Shown in pieces: positions 51,466-64,000 of a DNA stretch of 64,000 nt. The notes under the pieces were generated by a model that had not been told where the DNA came from, ran no database searches, and saw only the letters and a list, made by a program, of their open reading frames with translations. The position numbers and the translations under genes were made by a program. This DNA is from Sphyrna mokarran. Taxonomy: Eukaryota. Numbering within the stretch: the first letter of the stretch is position 1; every line of letters starts with the position of its first letter. Location: NCBI GenBank assembly GCA_024679065.1, contig JAGIQG010000009.1, forward strand, positions 61,318,001 to 61,382,000, given 5' to 3'.

Positions 51466-52623
51466 TTGCATTTCAAATGTTAAACAGTTATTGGTCTTCC
51501 TTTAGCTAATGTTCACCTCTCAGGAATACGTGAAAGTTATCCACTCAGATCAGTATTTTACGCTTCCCATTAATATTGCTAAATGAGATGATCCACCTAT
51601 GTGCATGAATGGCTGTAGCACTGTGGGAGTTGGATTTGGAAGGGACACCATGATTGAGTTTCCTTGGCATTTTGTAGAACTTCCTAAATTCTTTTTCAAA
51701 GCCTTGAGAAGGAGATGCTCCTCGTATATTCTTAACCTGAAACAGTAGCCACAATAGGGTGAAAATCTGTCAGTGGTGAATAGATCTTAGTGCTGCGAGC
51801 TATGCTTCATGGAGCTACCAAGTTAATGCATAACAACACACTTCAGAAAATAATGTTCCCTATTGTCTATAAAGCACTTTTGGGACAGTCTGAGATGCTA
51901 CAGAATTATAAGTCTTTCTTTTTGCAAGTCTCAGCCCAGTGTAACTGCAGCTTGGACTTTAATCAGATGGAATAAATGGAAGTGGAGTCAAAGAGTGAGG
52001 AGAATTAACAAGGAGAAAATAAATATTAAATGGGGCGTGTTATTACAAATTGTTCTCCATTTACCTTGATTAACAGGTAAAGTGAATGCTTGCGAAACAC
52101 TGCTATGTCTCTTCCGCAAAGAGCTGCACTAACAAGATAGGCTGAATAGCCTTCGTCTGCCCTATTAGACTCTACTATAACTCAAAAATAATTATATTGC
52201 CAAAATAAGCTGAATTTGGATATTAGGAAATTGCATCCAACCTACTGCCTACCTAATGTTACCCTGCAGAATAAACAGGAAATTCAGAAACTTCAGCATG
52301 AAGGCAGCTGAGATTATTAGGGTTAAGATGAAGAGCATTTGTACTTTCCTGGACTAGGTACACTGGAACTATTTATTTTAATAGTCACACACATGCTCAC
52401 ACATACACAGCTCTCCCATGTTCTCCTGTCCACTTGCAGTCATCCATTATATGCGCACACTAGTCATTTGGGAGGGTGTTAAAAGACCATTTCTGGGATA
52501 TCATTCTCTTTGGCAAAGCAGCTGAAATTGGAGGCAAGCAGTGATGTGTGGGGACCCTTTCAGCAACACTGGCAAAAATCATTGTCCAGGAGGAAGGCTG
52601 ACTATCTCACTGCCAGAAGTCCC

Positions 52624-52948
52624 AGAATCATAGAATCGCTATAATACAGAAAGAGGCCATTCAGCCCATTGAGTCTGCACCAACAATATTCCCATCCAAG
52701 CCCAATCCTTGTTACCCCATGTATCTACTCTGCTAATTTTCCTGACACTAAGTGGCAATGTAGCATGGCCAATCCACCTAACCCACACATCTTTGGACTG
52801 TGGATAGAAGTCAAGGCATCCAGAGGAAACCCATGGAGACACAGGGAGAACATGCAAACTCCACATAGTCACCCAAGGCCAGAATTGAACCAGGGTCCCT
52901 GCATGTTGTGAAGTAGCAGTGTTAACCATTGTGCCGCTGTGTCAACCC
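52624..52948 (-). mobile_element. HE1-like V-SINE with a CR1-type tail
   Basis: V domain and head in reverse orientation, with an agaatcatagaatc tail. Confidence 0.85.
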
Positions 52949-54548
52949 AAAACCTCCTGAAGCTTATCTGACCAATGTAGCTGCTGCCCTGAAAGACATC
53001 TGCCTAAAAACAGCTTTATCAAACACTTGGGTTATTGCAGATGTTTCCTAATTGTTCAGGAATCCTATTATCCCTCCTTCCCACCACCCTGTCCCCCAAA
53101 ATAGACTAAAACCATCATGAAAATTAAATTAACAAGCAAGAGTGGGCTGACAACACACTTCACCAATTATGTTTCTTCTGTTCAGCAAAAAGTAAGCCTT
53201 TCCCATTTTGTTACATTATTAATCTTTTTGATGGTCAGTGCTGACCTTGAGCCATTCGCTTCAAGACACAACTGCATCCTGCCATGGCTGCTCCCTTTCT
53301 CCGTGTGCGCAATGCTATCTTAATGCTTCCTTGGGTCTATTAGAGATGAGAGTGCGGTGTTTTAAATGCATTGTCCAAAAGCAGACGGATTTGTCGACAT
53401 TATTTGCCGATTAACCCCAATCAAGTAAGCATCCTAAAAAGATGCCGCTGTTGTGTTTTTAAGCCATTTTTTCTTCTCAGTTAAATTCATGACCTTTTGA
53501 GGAATTTTATTCAGTCAGCCTAAAAAAAACATTTAAAAGAGATAGGGTTTTGTTGTTGTTTTTGTTGGTGACTCAATTTACAGAAACAAAATCTTTTCTT
53601 TTTCAAATCTGCCCTCTTCTAGCATTTTACTCATCTCACTGTCCTGCATCCTCAGTTATGATAAGCTTCCACTTGTCTAACTGCTGTTATTTCAGTAATA
53701 CAAGTGGCCATTTGCAGAAACCCCTTTTGATGTCCCTTGATCAATTGAGCTGTACTGATGATCTTCAGTTAGTCAAACTAATTCTATATCTCCCCAACTA
53801 GAAAAGGTATAAGTGGCATAGTGCAATCTGTGCTAAGTGCCTTTAAATATAAACACTCCAAGATCTCTTCCCCTTGAGAGCCGGTGACAATCATCAACCA
53901 AGTGTCTAGTAAAAGTGAGAAAATAAAACTAATGGGAATGCAGCAATCCACGTAGGGAAACATAGATGCACTTACTTTCAGCTATTCAGAGTCCAAGAAG
54001 GTTAAAAGATAAACCAGCCGGATAAAGTGATCGAAAGAATTGAGACAGAACTAAATGCAGAGTTGATGTGATGTGATAACATCTCTCTAAGAAACAGAGT
54101 GGGCCATGTTTTCTGGTGGAACCAATGGAATTTTCATAGATTACTAGTTGTTGTTCCATGGCACTGTGACAAAGAGTCAAATGAAGTCTTCACACAAAGC
54201 AGATTTATGAGGGAGAGGAATAGATCGACCAGTACATACAGATGTAATTTAAAGTTGCATTCAGTCCTTATCTGAAAATATTAATTTGATTCTAATTATA
54301 GTTAAATAGCAAAACCATTTGGCTTGGGGTTTTGTGATTTTTGCCATACACGAGGGAAGAATTGGGAGACACAAAATCAAAGTGCTGCAACACCATCACT
54401 GGCAGGAGGATGTAATTACAGTGCAATACGTTTATTCCATGTAAGATGTGTGTAGTATGGTAGGTCTCACAAAGAGGTTCTGAGTCTTGTATAGTTTAAT
54501 AGTAAGTATTTTTTAACTGCTCATAATTATGTATCTGTATACACTCTG

Positions 54549-54838
54549 GGGGCATGTTGGCACAGATGTTAGCACTGCTGCCTCACAATGCTAGAACTCA
54601 GGTTTGAGTTCGGCCTTGGGAGACTATGTGGAGTTTGCACGTCCTCCCTACGTTTGTGTACATTTACTCTGGTGCTCCAATTTCCTCCAACAGTCCAAAG
54701 ATGTGTAAGTTAGCTGTAGTAAATGCATGAGTTAACAGGGACTAGGTAGATGGAGCATTTGGGAGGCTCTTTTGGATAGTCGGTGCAGATGTACTGAATG
54801 GTCTCCTTCTGCACTATAGATTTCCTAGGATTCTACAT
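54549..54838 (+). mobile_element. HE1-like V-SINE inserted in an LTR
   Basis: Head, V domain and tail interrupt the left LTR copy. Confidence 0.8.
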
Positions 54839-55894
54839 AGTCTTACCTAGGAGCTGTCTCCATGCTGGCCTCTACACAGCCCCAAGATTACCTCCTAGAC
54901 TTGGATTAAATGATCTTTTATATCAAACCTAGGCAGTGCTGTACCCAGTCCCATGTTAATACAACAAATTAACATTACTTCTACTACTTCTTCCCCTCCA
55001 CTCTCAACTCTGTGTTTACAGATCTTGTATTTTTAACAGTTGGAGGAAATAGGTTCTGTTAATCTGGATTAACCTTGTTGAAGAGGAATTTGTCTTAAAT
55101 GTGATCATTCTGGCATTCGGTTAATTGATCTTAATTCTTTTTTTTCATTATTTGTACCTGGACCACTTCTTCTTAACTCCCCATCTGTATTATCAATAGT
55201 CATTGGCTTATTCCATTGCTTACAGGGAAAACAAATTTGTAGCTTGTTTATAGTGCTCATTCAGTGTTTCTCCCTGTGTGTGGTTTGCAGATGTATGTTC
55301 AGATGGAAGATGACCTTTCCTATTATCTGGGTACGACTTATCAATGGGCTCACCTTGTAATTTAGCTTTCTGTGCGGTGATGTTCTCTTTTGGTTTGTGC
55401 CCTCGAAGTGTCATGGCTGCTTCTCTGTTCCAGCATTTGGCTAAGATGTTACTGGTTGGAGGTTGAATCTCTTTTTACCACTGGTTCAACTTTTGGCTGC
55501 TAATCCTGGTATTAGTTGGCAGGATTGGCAGTTGTAAGCATAGTTTTTCACCCATCAGAAGTGTAAATTGGCTAAGCTGCATTGTAGTGGGATGGGCCTG
55601 TTGGTAACTGTGCTGTTGGGAAGCTGTCATTCTCCTTCACGAGAGCTTTGATTGTGTGAATTCTCTTTCTATTCCACCATTTGGCTATAGGTATCTTAAG
55701 GAAGCTGGTGCAGTGCGTGAAGCCATAAGTGATGGCAAATTTGGTGAACTTTTTGTTTGCAAAACGTGGACCATTATTGGACATGATCTGGCTGGGTGCC
55801 AAAGCTGATAATTATCTTCTTCAAAGCTTCCTTCACCACCATCTCTGTGATTGTAGTGTGCAATTCTTTCACATCAATCACATCAGAAGAACAA

Positions 55895-57485
55895 AGAACA
55901 AAGAAAAAAAAACAAAAAAAAATATAGCACAGGAACAGGCCCTTTTGCTCTATAAGCATGCACGATCATACTGCCTGACTGAACTAACACCCCCTACCCT
56001 TGGACAATAATGGACAATATCTGTCCATTCCCATCCTCATGTATTTGCTCAGATGCCCCTTAAAACTCACTGCTTTTAAAACCCCTTAAAAGTATCTGCT
56101 TTCACCACCTCCACCGGTAGAGAAATCAGTGTGTAAAAAACTTGCCTCATACATCTCCTTTAAACGTTGGCCCTCACACTTTAAACCTATGCCCCCTAGT
56201 AATTGACTCTTCCACTCTGGGAAAAAGCTTCTGACTATCCATGCTGTCTATGCCCCTCATAATCTTGTAGACTTCTATCAGGTTGCTCCTCAACCTCTGT
56301 CATTCCAATGAGAACAAACCAAGTATTTCCAACCCCTCCTCATGGCTAATGCCCTTCATACCAGGCAACATCCTGGTAAATCTTCTGTACCCTCTCTGAA
56401 GCATCCACATCTTCTGTTGCGACCAGAGTTGAACACTATATTCCAAGCATAACTAAGGTTCTATATAGCTGCAACATGACTTGCCAATTTTTAAACTCAA
56501 TGCCCTGGCTGATAAGGCAAGCATGCCACATACCTTCTTGACTACCTTCTCCACCTGCGTTGCCACTTTCAGTGACCTGTGATTTTGTACATCTAGATTC
56601 CTTTGTCTATCAATACTCTTAAGGGTTCCACCATTTACTGTATATTTCCTATTTTTATTAGATAATCCAAAATGCATGACGTCACATTTGTTCAGATTAA
56701 ACTCCATCTGCCATCACTTTGCCCAAGTCTCCAACTGATTTATATCCTGCTGTATCCTCTGATGGTCCTCATTGCTTTCTGCAAATCCATCAGCCTTTGT
56801 GTCATCTGCAAACTTATTAGTCAAACAGTTACATATCATTTATATATATTATGAACAGCAAAGGTCCCAACACTGATCCCTGAGGAATGTCACTTGTCAC
56901 AACCCTCTATTCAGAAACACACCCTTCCACCGATCTGCTCTGAGTTCTTAGACCAAACCAGTTCTGTATCCCACCTTGCCAGCTCAACTTTGACACCATC
57001 CGACTTCACCTTCTGCACCAGTCTGCCATGAGGGACTTTGTCAAAGGCCTTATTGAAATCCATGTAGATAACATCCACTGCCCTACCCTCATCAACCATC
57101 TTCGTCACTTCCTTGAGAAACTTGATCAAGTTAGTGAGACATGACCTCCCCTTCACAAAACCATATTGCCTCTCACTAATATATCCACTTATTTCCAAAT
57201 GGGTGTAAATTCTGTCTCAAAAAATCATCTCTAATAATTTCCCTACCACTGATGTAAGGCTCACTGGCCTGTAATTACTTGGATTATTCTTGCTACTCTT
57301 CTTAAACAAAGGAACAATATTGGCTACTCTCCAGTCCTGTGGAACCTCCACTGTAGCCAGTGAGGATACAAGGATTTTTCTTTAGGCCCCTGCAATTTCC
57401 TCACTTGCCTCTCTCAGTATTTTGAGGTATATCCCATCGTGACCTGGGGACTTGCCTACCTTACTGTTTCTCAAGAACCCCAGTA
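55895..57485 (-). mobile_element. CR1/HER1 LINE, 5'-truncated, with RT domain, nested in the Gypsy element
   Basis: Peptides QYGFVKGRSCLTNL..VDVIYMDFNKAFDKVPH and MEFNLNKCDVMHFG, with the tail repeat agaacaaagaacaaag. Confidence 0.9.
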
Positions 57486-59754
57486 TTGCCTCCTGCCTGG
57501 AATGAACAGCTATTCATAGTATATCAGCAGATCATCGATTACAGTAAAGTGTTTCTGCTGTTTAAATCAAATCTTCATTGTACTACTGCTCGGCTTCTGT
57601 TGTGGCTACTCCTATCAATAGTTACAGCAATTGTGGGCACACTCTTCATTGTGAATTTTTTTTTAGTGGATTTGCTGTCATATTTCTGTGGTAACTCTCA
57701 GTTATCTTCTTACCAATTGAGAGTACAAGTTAAGCTCCTTGATCAGGTTCAAAGGAAAGTTGACTGTGGCACTAGAAAGTGTATCTGCCATTGTTGGATC
57801 CCCCTGATATTGTCTCCTATGTGAACCTCATGAGGTGTAGGTAGAATCTCGGGGGAGGAGAGGAGCAGGGGCATTTTTGCCAGCTTCTCCTCATTTAGCA
57901 GTGAGACCAGTGGCTTATGCTCTGCATCAATGGTGACCTTTAGGGCAATATTGTAAGCTGAAAACTTCTCGTAAGCCCATTGCCACCATGTTGTAAGACG
58001 TATGTGGTTCAGTAGATCTCACAAAGAGATTCTGATCTGGTATAGTTTAATAATAAGTATTAACTATACATAACTATGTACATATGTATAGTATGAGGTC
58101 TAAACCATGGCCCCATGCTTGCCGCTGCATATATCTCTGTCCAGTATAAGATTGCCTTCTAGACTTGGGTCATGTGTTCTTTACATTGCAGCAGAGAGAG
58201 AGGTACTATACCCAGTCTCATGTCAACTTTTCTTTGTCAGACTCTTATACTATAATTTAGGGTAATTTCCATTACAAATTCTTGCACTTCAAAACTACTT
58301 AATTGGCTCCAAAGCACATTGGGACTACCTCAAATTGTGGAAGGTATTATTCCTTTTGTTTTAACTCAGTACATTGGAATGAAATGTCAGGGAGCTGAAT
58401 GTCAGAACACTCAGCTTTGCGAGTTTAGTACTTTCTCTATTGAGGAGGCAGGGTATCTCCTGTTTGGGTGACAAATTTTTTTTGATGTTTTTTTATTGCA
58501 TTGTTTTTAATTGCATTGTTTTACCAACACAAATATTCATTTCACAAGGTTTCGCAAGGTTGTAGAGTGACTGTTTTAACTTTGCACTAGCTTATATGTT
58601 GGGTCAGCATGGAGTATTGAAAACATCCTGCAATCACATCAGCATGAAACTGGAAAACGTCCAGACTTCTGGTGAGTTGTACATTTCTTTCAAATGGACT
58701 TGGTGCCTGACTGGACTGAATTCTGCGGTTTGTTGCAGACCAGCACTATCCCCCAAACTCTCCTGAGCCACAGAGGTACATTCATAATGTCAGGTTTCTG
58801 GATCTGTAAGTGGTATTGCGCCATTCACAAGTCTCTGTTGTTGTGGCTACTGGCCCTGAGAATACAGGATGCCATTGTATTCTTATTTCGGGCACATTTT
58901 CATAAGAGTAGAGAACGACCACAGTCGATGACAATATGCAGATAAAGTGTGGAATCACATCAGAGGCTGTCAAAAGCACTAGTGAGAGGATTAAAATATC
59001 TAAAAAAACATAAAATCACATCGGGTTTAAGTTGTCTGGCACAAAATTTTTACACCGTAAAGACTAAAATCAATTATAAATTGAGCAAAAGAGCATTGAA
59101 TCCATTTGCTTCTAGCTTTAATATTTTACATTTGTATTCTAACCAAGCCTTTGATACCTTTAGTGTTCCCTCCATAAGATAGCAATAAATCTGTCATCTG
59201 AAAAGAAAATCAAATAGGTTGTGGCCTAAAGGAAGGTACAAATTGCAGCTTTGGGTGAAAAAGAACAATCTGTCAAGGGAGAGCTATTCATCATCATAAC
59301 AAAACGGCTTTAACTGTTTTTAGCTGACCTGATAGAATATCCCTTGTAAGCAACTTCAGTGATGCAAGGCTCCAAATATTTTTCAGTGATCAATATTTGC
59401 TAGATGTGCAATCGCAAGTCAGCATAAAAATGCTAGTCTTCAACATGGTCATCTTTCTGTGATTGACCCTGCAGAGCCTGTTACCCTTGGGGAGTTAATG
59501 TCAGAGCTATTAAAAGTTCCAGGGCACTGAATTTGGGGTTGAACCTTGCACAACAGAAAAAGCCAGGCCCATCAAATGATGTGCTGTCCTGATTCAATCT
59601 AACGATAAAAGCACAGTATGGATGCTAACTGAAAGCAAAGAGAGAATGTACAAAGAATACCGTACTTATCAGATTACCCTCTCATCAGAACTGAATTTCC
59701 ACTACACTGTACAAATAGATTACTTTACAGAGTTTGGCCAAGAAGTAAAGTAGT

Positions 59755-59952
59755 TAAAATTTATTCATTGGTCACAAATAGGCTTACATTAGTACTGCAA
59801 TGAAGTTACTGTGAAAATCCCCTAGTCTTCACATTCTCCACCTGTTCAGGTACACTGAGAGATAATTTAGTATGGCCAATGCACCTGATCAGCATGTCTT
59901 TTGGACTGAGGGAGGAAACTGGAGCACCCAAAGGAAACCCATGCAGACACGG
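59755..59952 (-). mobile_element. HE1-like V-SINE, 5'-truncated
   Basis: Tail plus partial V domain. Confidence 0.75.
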
Positions 59953-62342
59953 TACTCACTGATATATGAATCCCCCAAGTCACTAGCCTTCCTTTACCTG
60001 TAGTAACCACTAATTCAGATTATTTTCTTCAGTGAAGAAAATTCCGTATGATAAAATATTAAAGTTTCACAGTATTTGCATACAAGGTCTTCTCTATTGA
60101 GGTGAATCTGTTCAATTGTAATAGTGTTTCAAATGGCTGAAGTTCAGTCTAACTTAATTTGTAATTCTAAATTCACTGTAAATATCTTTGAAAAATATGG
60201 CAATGAAATGCTGCCTCATTCACCTGACAGAATCCAAATGATACTAGATCAGCAACACATAGATGGAAATAACCTCTATCAAAGTCTATTTTAGAGTTTT
60301 CCATGCTATTACTATGATGACTGCAACTACACCCTGCTTTGTTGGTCTTTAACGAAGCAGCTTTATAGTGGATGGAAGAACTGAATCCTTGCTAAGAAAC
60401 CCTTGATAAGAAGAATAGCTACTTTTGTAATAGCAAAGTCTGACTGCAAAGTATTGTTGTGCACAAGAGTCTGAAGTCCAAATCAGATCAAGCATTACGT
60501 TATCAAGAAGTGGACTATCAACACTAAAACTCTTCCACTTCAGCATGTGATCATAGAACAGCAACACTATTGGTCATTTTGTTGTAAGACTAATGAATCA
60601 ACCATCTCATCTACAAAGAGACAATTTAGTGAACTGAGAAATCAATATGTTGGAAATACTCAGCAGGTGAGGCAGCATTTGTGATACTTTGTAAAAGAGA
60701 TAATAATGAATTTGCTAGAAGTGGACTTTTAATGGAAATAAAAGATCAGAAAATATGTAAAACAGATGACCAATTCTTTACTACCCTATTTTACACCAAC
60801 AGAAAGTGTCAAAATGATCTCCACTGTCAAGATTGGTGTTTGTGCCCATGATTGGCATGATCAGCTATATCTCTAAGATCATATTTTAATTCTAAATTAA
60901 AATGATAAATGAATATTTATTTTCACCGATGTGCTGATCTTCTTTCAGAATCTTGAACGTGAACACCGCTGAAAGTTCAAAAGGATACTTTATGTCAAGA
61001 TTAAACCAGGCTCTTGAGAATTTTGGTCCTTCCTGCTCTGCCTGTTTATTTTTAAATCTAGCTGAAATTGTTAATCACATTATACCATCACTTCCTTACC
61101 TTTGAGCTGGGTTCCTCAGCATAGCTTGGTTGACAATGAGTCAACATTAATAGCGCTGAGGGCACTGCCTGAGTCATGCAGAAGTTGAACACAAGATTTT
61201 ATGTCTTAAAAAGCTTCTTTAACTTGTCCATGACTTAGCAATTAAATGCACTGACCAATGTTTTAACTGCCAAAATTCTTCATTTAATAAAAAACAGTGG
61301 CCTGTGTTTTGCAGGGCTCTTCACCACCATTAGCCCTCTGAAACTGATCACAACTTCAGGATATCAGGCACATGCAGTTTAGGGTGGAAATCCTGAAGTT
61401 GGGATCAGTCACTAAGGGTGTCTGACACAGGCGCCATTACTCCAACTCCAGAGCTAACAGTCATTGAAATCATTTTCCCACTCCAAAAGATACACTGGAA
61501 ATGCCTTGAAAAGTTTTGGTTTGTTCAGTCACGAATAACTGGGTCTTTAACAGCAATCCATTTCATAAAATTTGATGAATGAAAGAATTAGTCTTGAGAA
61601 ATAATTTTATATTCATAACGTGCTGATAGACATTTCTTTAGCAGATTCTTTAAGTTACTTTGTAAGAATATCTTTTTATGTCTTTTTCAGACTATTTTAG
61701 CTGTTACTTTCACTCCATGTTTAATTTTTAATTTGCTCTAGGTAAGTTAAAAAAAATCACTCCTGGTTGTGTGCCTGTGACAATCCTTCAATGTGATTAG
61801 CTGTTTGGACAGCCATGTATCCCTGGCATCTCCACACTGGGAATGACCATTAAAGAACATTTCCCTCAGATGCATTACCACTATGACAGCAATGGAGGTG
61901 AAATTCTTACCAGAGAGATATTCTGGGTTAGCAACACATGCTCTGATCACAAAAGCCAGCTCATTCCTTTTCGTTCTTCTACATATTTCACTGATAATAT
62001 GGCATCTACAAATTGGGCTGAAATGAATGAAGAACTGAGGCATAAGAATGGAGAGAAACCATGCAGAAGAATCGTATCGATCAGTCAGTGCTTTAGTTCC
62101 ACGGATATGAAGATTAGTGGACAGAAAGACACGTTGGGTGAGTAGCTATAAAATCAATGTAAGTAGGGAGATATCAGTGCCCAACTATTGAAGGTACTGA
62201 TCGTCATCCTGAACTAAATTTTAAATAGGATACAAAAACAATGGGATAAAACAAATATATCGGAGATGGCCAAAAGCACTTTTTGATCAGATGACTCGAT
62301 TTTGCGAATAAGAAATTTGTTGAAAATTCAATTACATTTTCA

Positions 62343-62659
62343 GTATGGTGGCACATTGAGGCAGCAGTGCTGCCTCAGAGTACCAAGGATCTGGGTTCAA
62401 TTCTGGCCTCAGGTCACTGGCTGTGTGGAGATTGCACATCTCCCCGTGTCGATGTGGGTTTCTTCTGGGTGCTCTGGTTTCCCCCAGCAGTCCAAAGACG
62501 TGTGGATAGGTTGATCGATCATGCTAAAATTGACCCTAGTGTCACGGGAATTATCAGAGTAAATATGTAGGGTACAGGAATAGGGCCTCAGTGAGGTGGT
62601 GGTTGGTGCAGATTTAATGGGCTGAATGGCCTCCTTCTGCATTGTCAGGATTCTATGAT
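62343..62659 (+). mobile_element. HE1-like V-SINE with a CR1-type tail
   Basis: V domain followed by the gggctgaatggcctccttctgc...attctatga tail. Confidence 0.85.
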
Positions 62660-64000
62660 ATATTCAGTTAATAAAAACAGGAAGTAAAATGGATTTTTCC
62701 TCCACATCGCCCTTCCCTTTAACTAGAATTAATAAACAACAAACTTGTGCTGTCCAACTTGCCAGGATTTGCTGATTGAGTTGCCTATTTTCAAATCACT
62801 CATGTACATAATTGTTACTTAATCCTCAAAATTCACGTGGTTTAAAGTGCAGCTTTGACAAAATGGTTTAATTGATTAATTATAAGTAACATGGTTTACT
62901 CAAAGCCACTGACAGTCATCATACAGTGTATTGGTGAGTTCCTATATTTCATTTTAAATGCTTGCAGTCAAGAGCACATTGCAGTGACACTCAATGATGG
63001 ATCAGCACAACACCAATTCCTGTCAATAAATGAACAAAGATAAGAAGCATAGTACCTTGTCCTCAATGGCCAACGTCTACCATATAAATCTTAGTTAACA
63101 TCCAATAACAAATGTATATAAACCTCCTATGTTTTAAAACCTATGACAGCTGTATTGAATACTAAATCGTCTGGGGAGAAACAAGCATTTATTGATCTGA
63201 AGGACCGGAAAGAATTCTTCAGGTGCTGGAAAATACTGCTATTCCAGGCTCAGTATATAGACGCAGCTGTAGAGATCTCTTGGTGTTTTTACATGGGCAT
63301 AAAAAGCTATTGATTTTAACCTGACAAGTACACAACATGCTCTAGGAGTATAAGCCTTGTAGTATGGGAAGTTCTTTCTGATGGTGACGGCAAAGATTTA
63401 TAATGGTACTTTGGCTGATCCGCCAGCATATTAGCACCACAGCTTTAAATAGTGACAGATATTCGAATTCAATTAATGAGCTTTTTTGCTAAAATCAGCC
63501 TCCCAATTTTACATTTTATACTAATCAATCAATATAAAAGACGTAAATGATTTACTTCAGTTGTAACGATCAATTGGATTAAAAATGCACTAATTATCTT
63601 TTTGGGATCATACCTGAGTAACATCCAGGATGGTCTTTTAAAACTACTAAGAGATTATTCCACACAAAATATATTTACTTTTGATAAATAATGTTATAAT
63701 GGACAAGTTGAGTATTGAAGGAAATAAAAATGTTTAATTTTGGAAAATGTCACCTAATTCAATGATCAACATGCCATTATTGAGGAAGAAGCAATTCTGT
63801 TTCCTATTCTTATTGCTCAGTATATACAAGTGTAAATGAATTCCAAATAATTTCTAAGTTATGGTGATCAATTAGTTAGATTGTCCAGTTACAAGTGATT
63901 TTAGTCACCAACTATAAATTTGTTTTATCCCATGATGATGCCACTATCATTCTTTAGATGATATAATTTCCTGCTTTTTCGCTGAGGATGGGTGATGTCA

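Larger units (their letters stand above)
54440..58228 (-). mobile_element. Internally deleted Gypsy provirus with two LTRs (about 54440-54988 and 57989-58228)
   Basis: Direct repeats tgtaaga..tctcacaaagag..tatagtttaata..ctagacttgg..tacccagtc. PBS-like TGGTGGCA at 57988-57981 and PPT-like purine tract at about 54988-55005 (-). RNase H remnant WAYEKF..EHKPLVSLL and integrase remnant SNNGPRF..F..TYGFTH. Confidence 0.75.

Noticed and set aside
51597-51651. Possible distal coding exon 1 (MVSLPNPTPTVLQPFMHI-G|gtggat, phase 1, minus strand)
   Set aside because: The donor is weak, there is no promoter or CpG context, it is flanked by repeats, and the peptide similarity is unconvincing. The 17.4-kb candidate is better supported.

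Overview
Vertebrate genomic DNA, almost certainly from an elasmobranch (shark), judged by the HE1/V-SINEs, Deu-domain SacSINE1-like SINEs and CR1/HER1 LINEs. The only host gene is the 5' half of NR5A2 (LRH-1/FTF, an FTZ-F1 family nuclear receptor) on the minus strand. Four coding exons with canonical, phase-compatible splice sites were read directly: 14544-14672, 9771-9889, 8653-8794 and 2928-3574. A candidate first exon and promoter lie at about 17425-17660, and the remaining ligand-binding-domain exons fall beyond position 1. These 5' exons sit in a CpG-rich domain of about 14 kb with no recognisable transposons, which also holds a 30-bp minisatellite and motif-dense promoter/enhancer candidates. 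From about 20.8 kb to 64 kb the window is an upstream gene desert of decayed and often nested repeats (SINEs, CR1, L2, Rex/Babar, Gypsy with LTRs, Harbinger-like elements, Penelope-type inverted repeats with fossil hammerhead-ribozyme motifs), a 16-bp satellite, a CTCF-like site and candidate enhancers. I see no intact novel protein-coding system. Repeat-family names and mammalian comparisons come from recall rather than database searches, and repeat boundaries are approximate.
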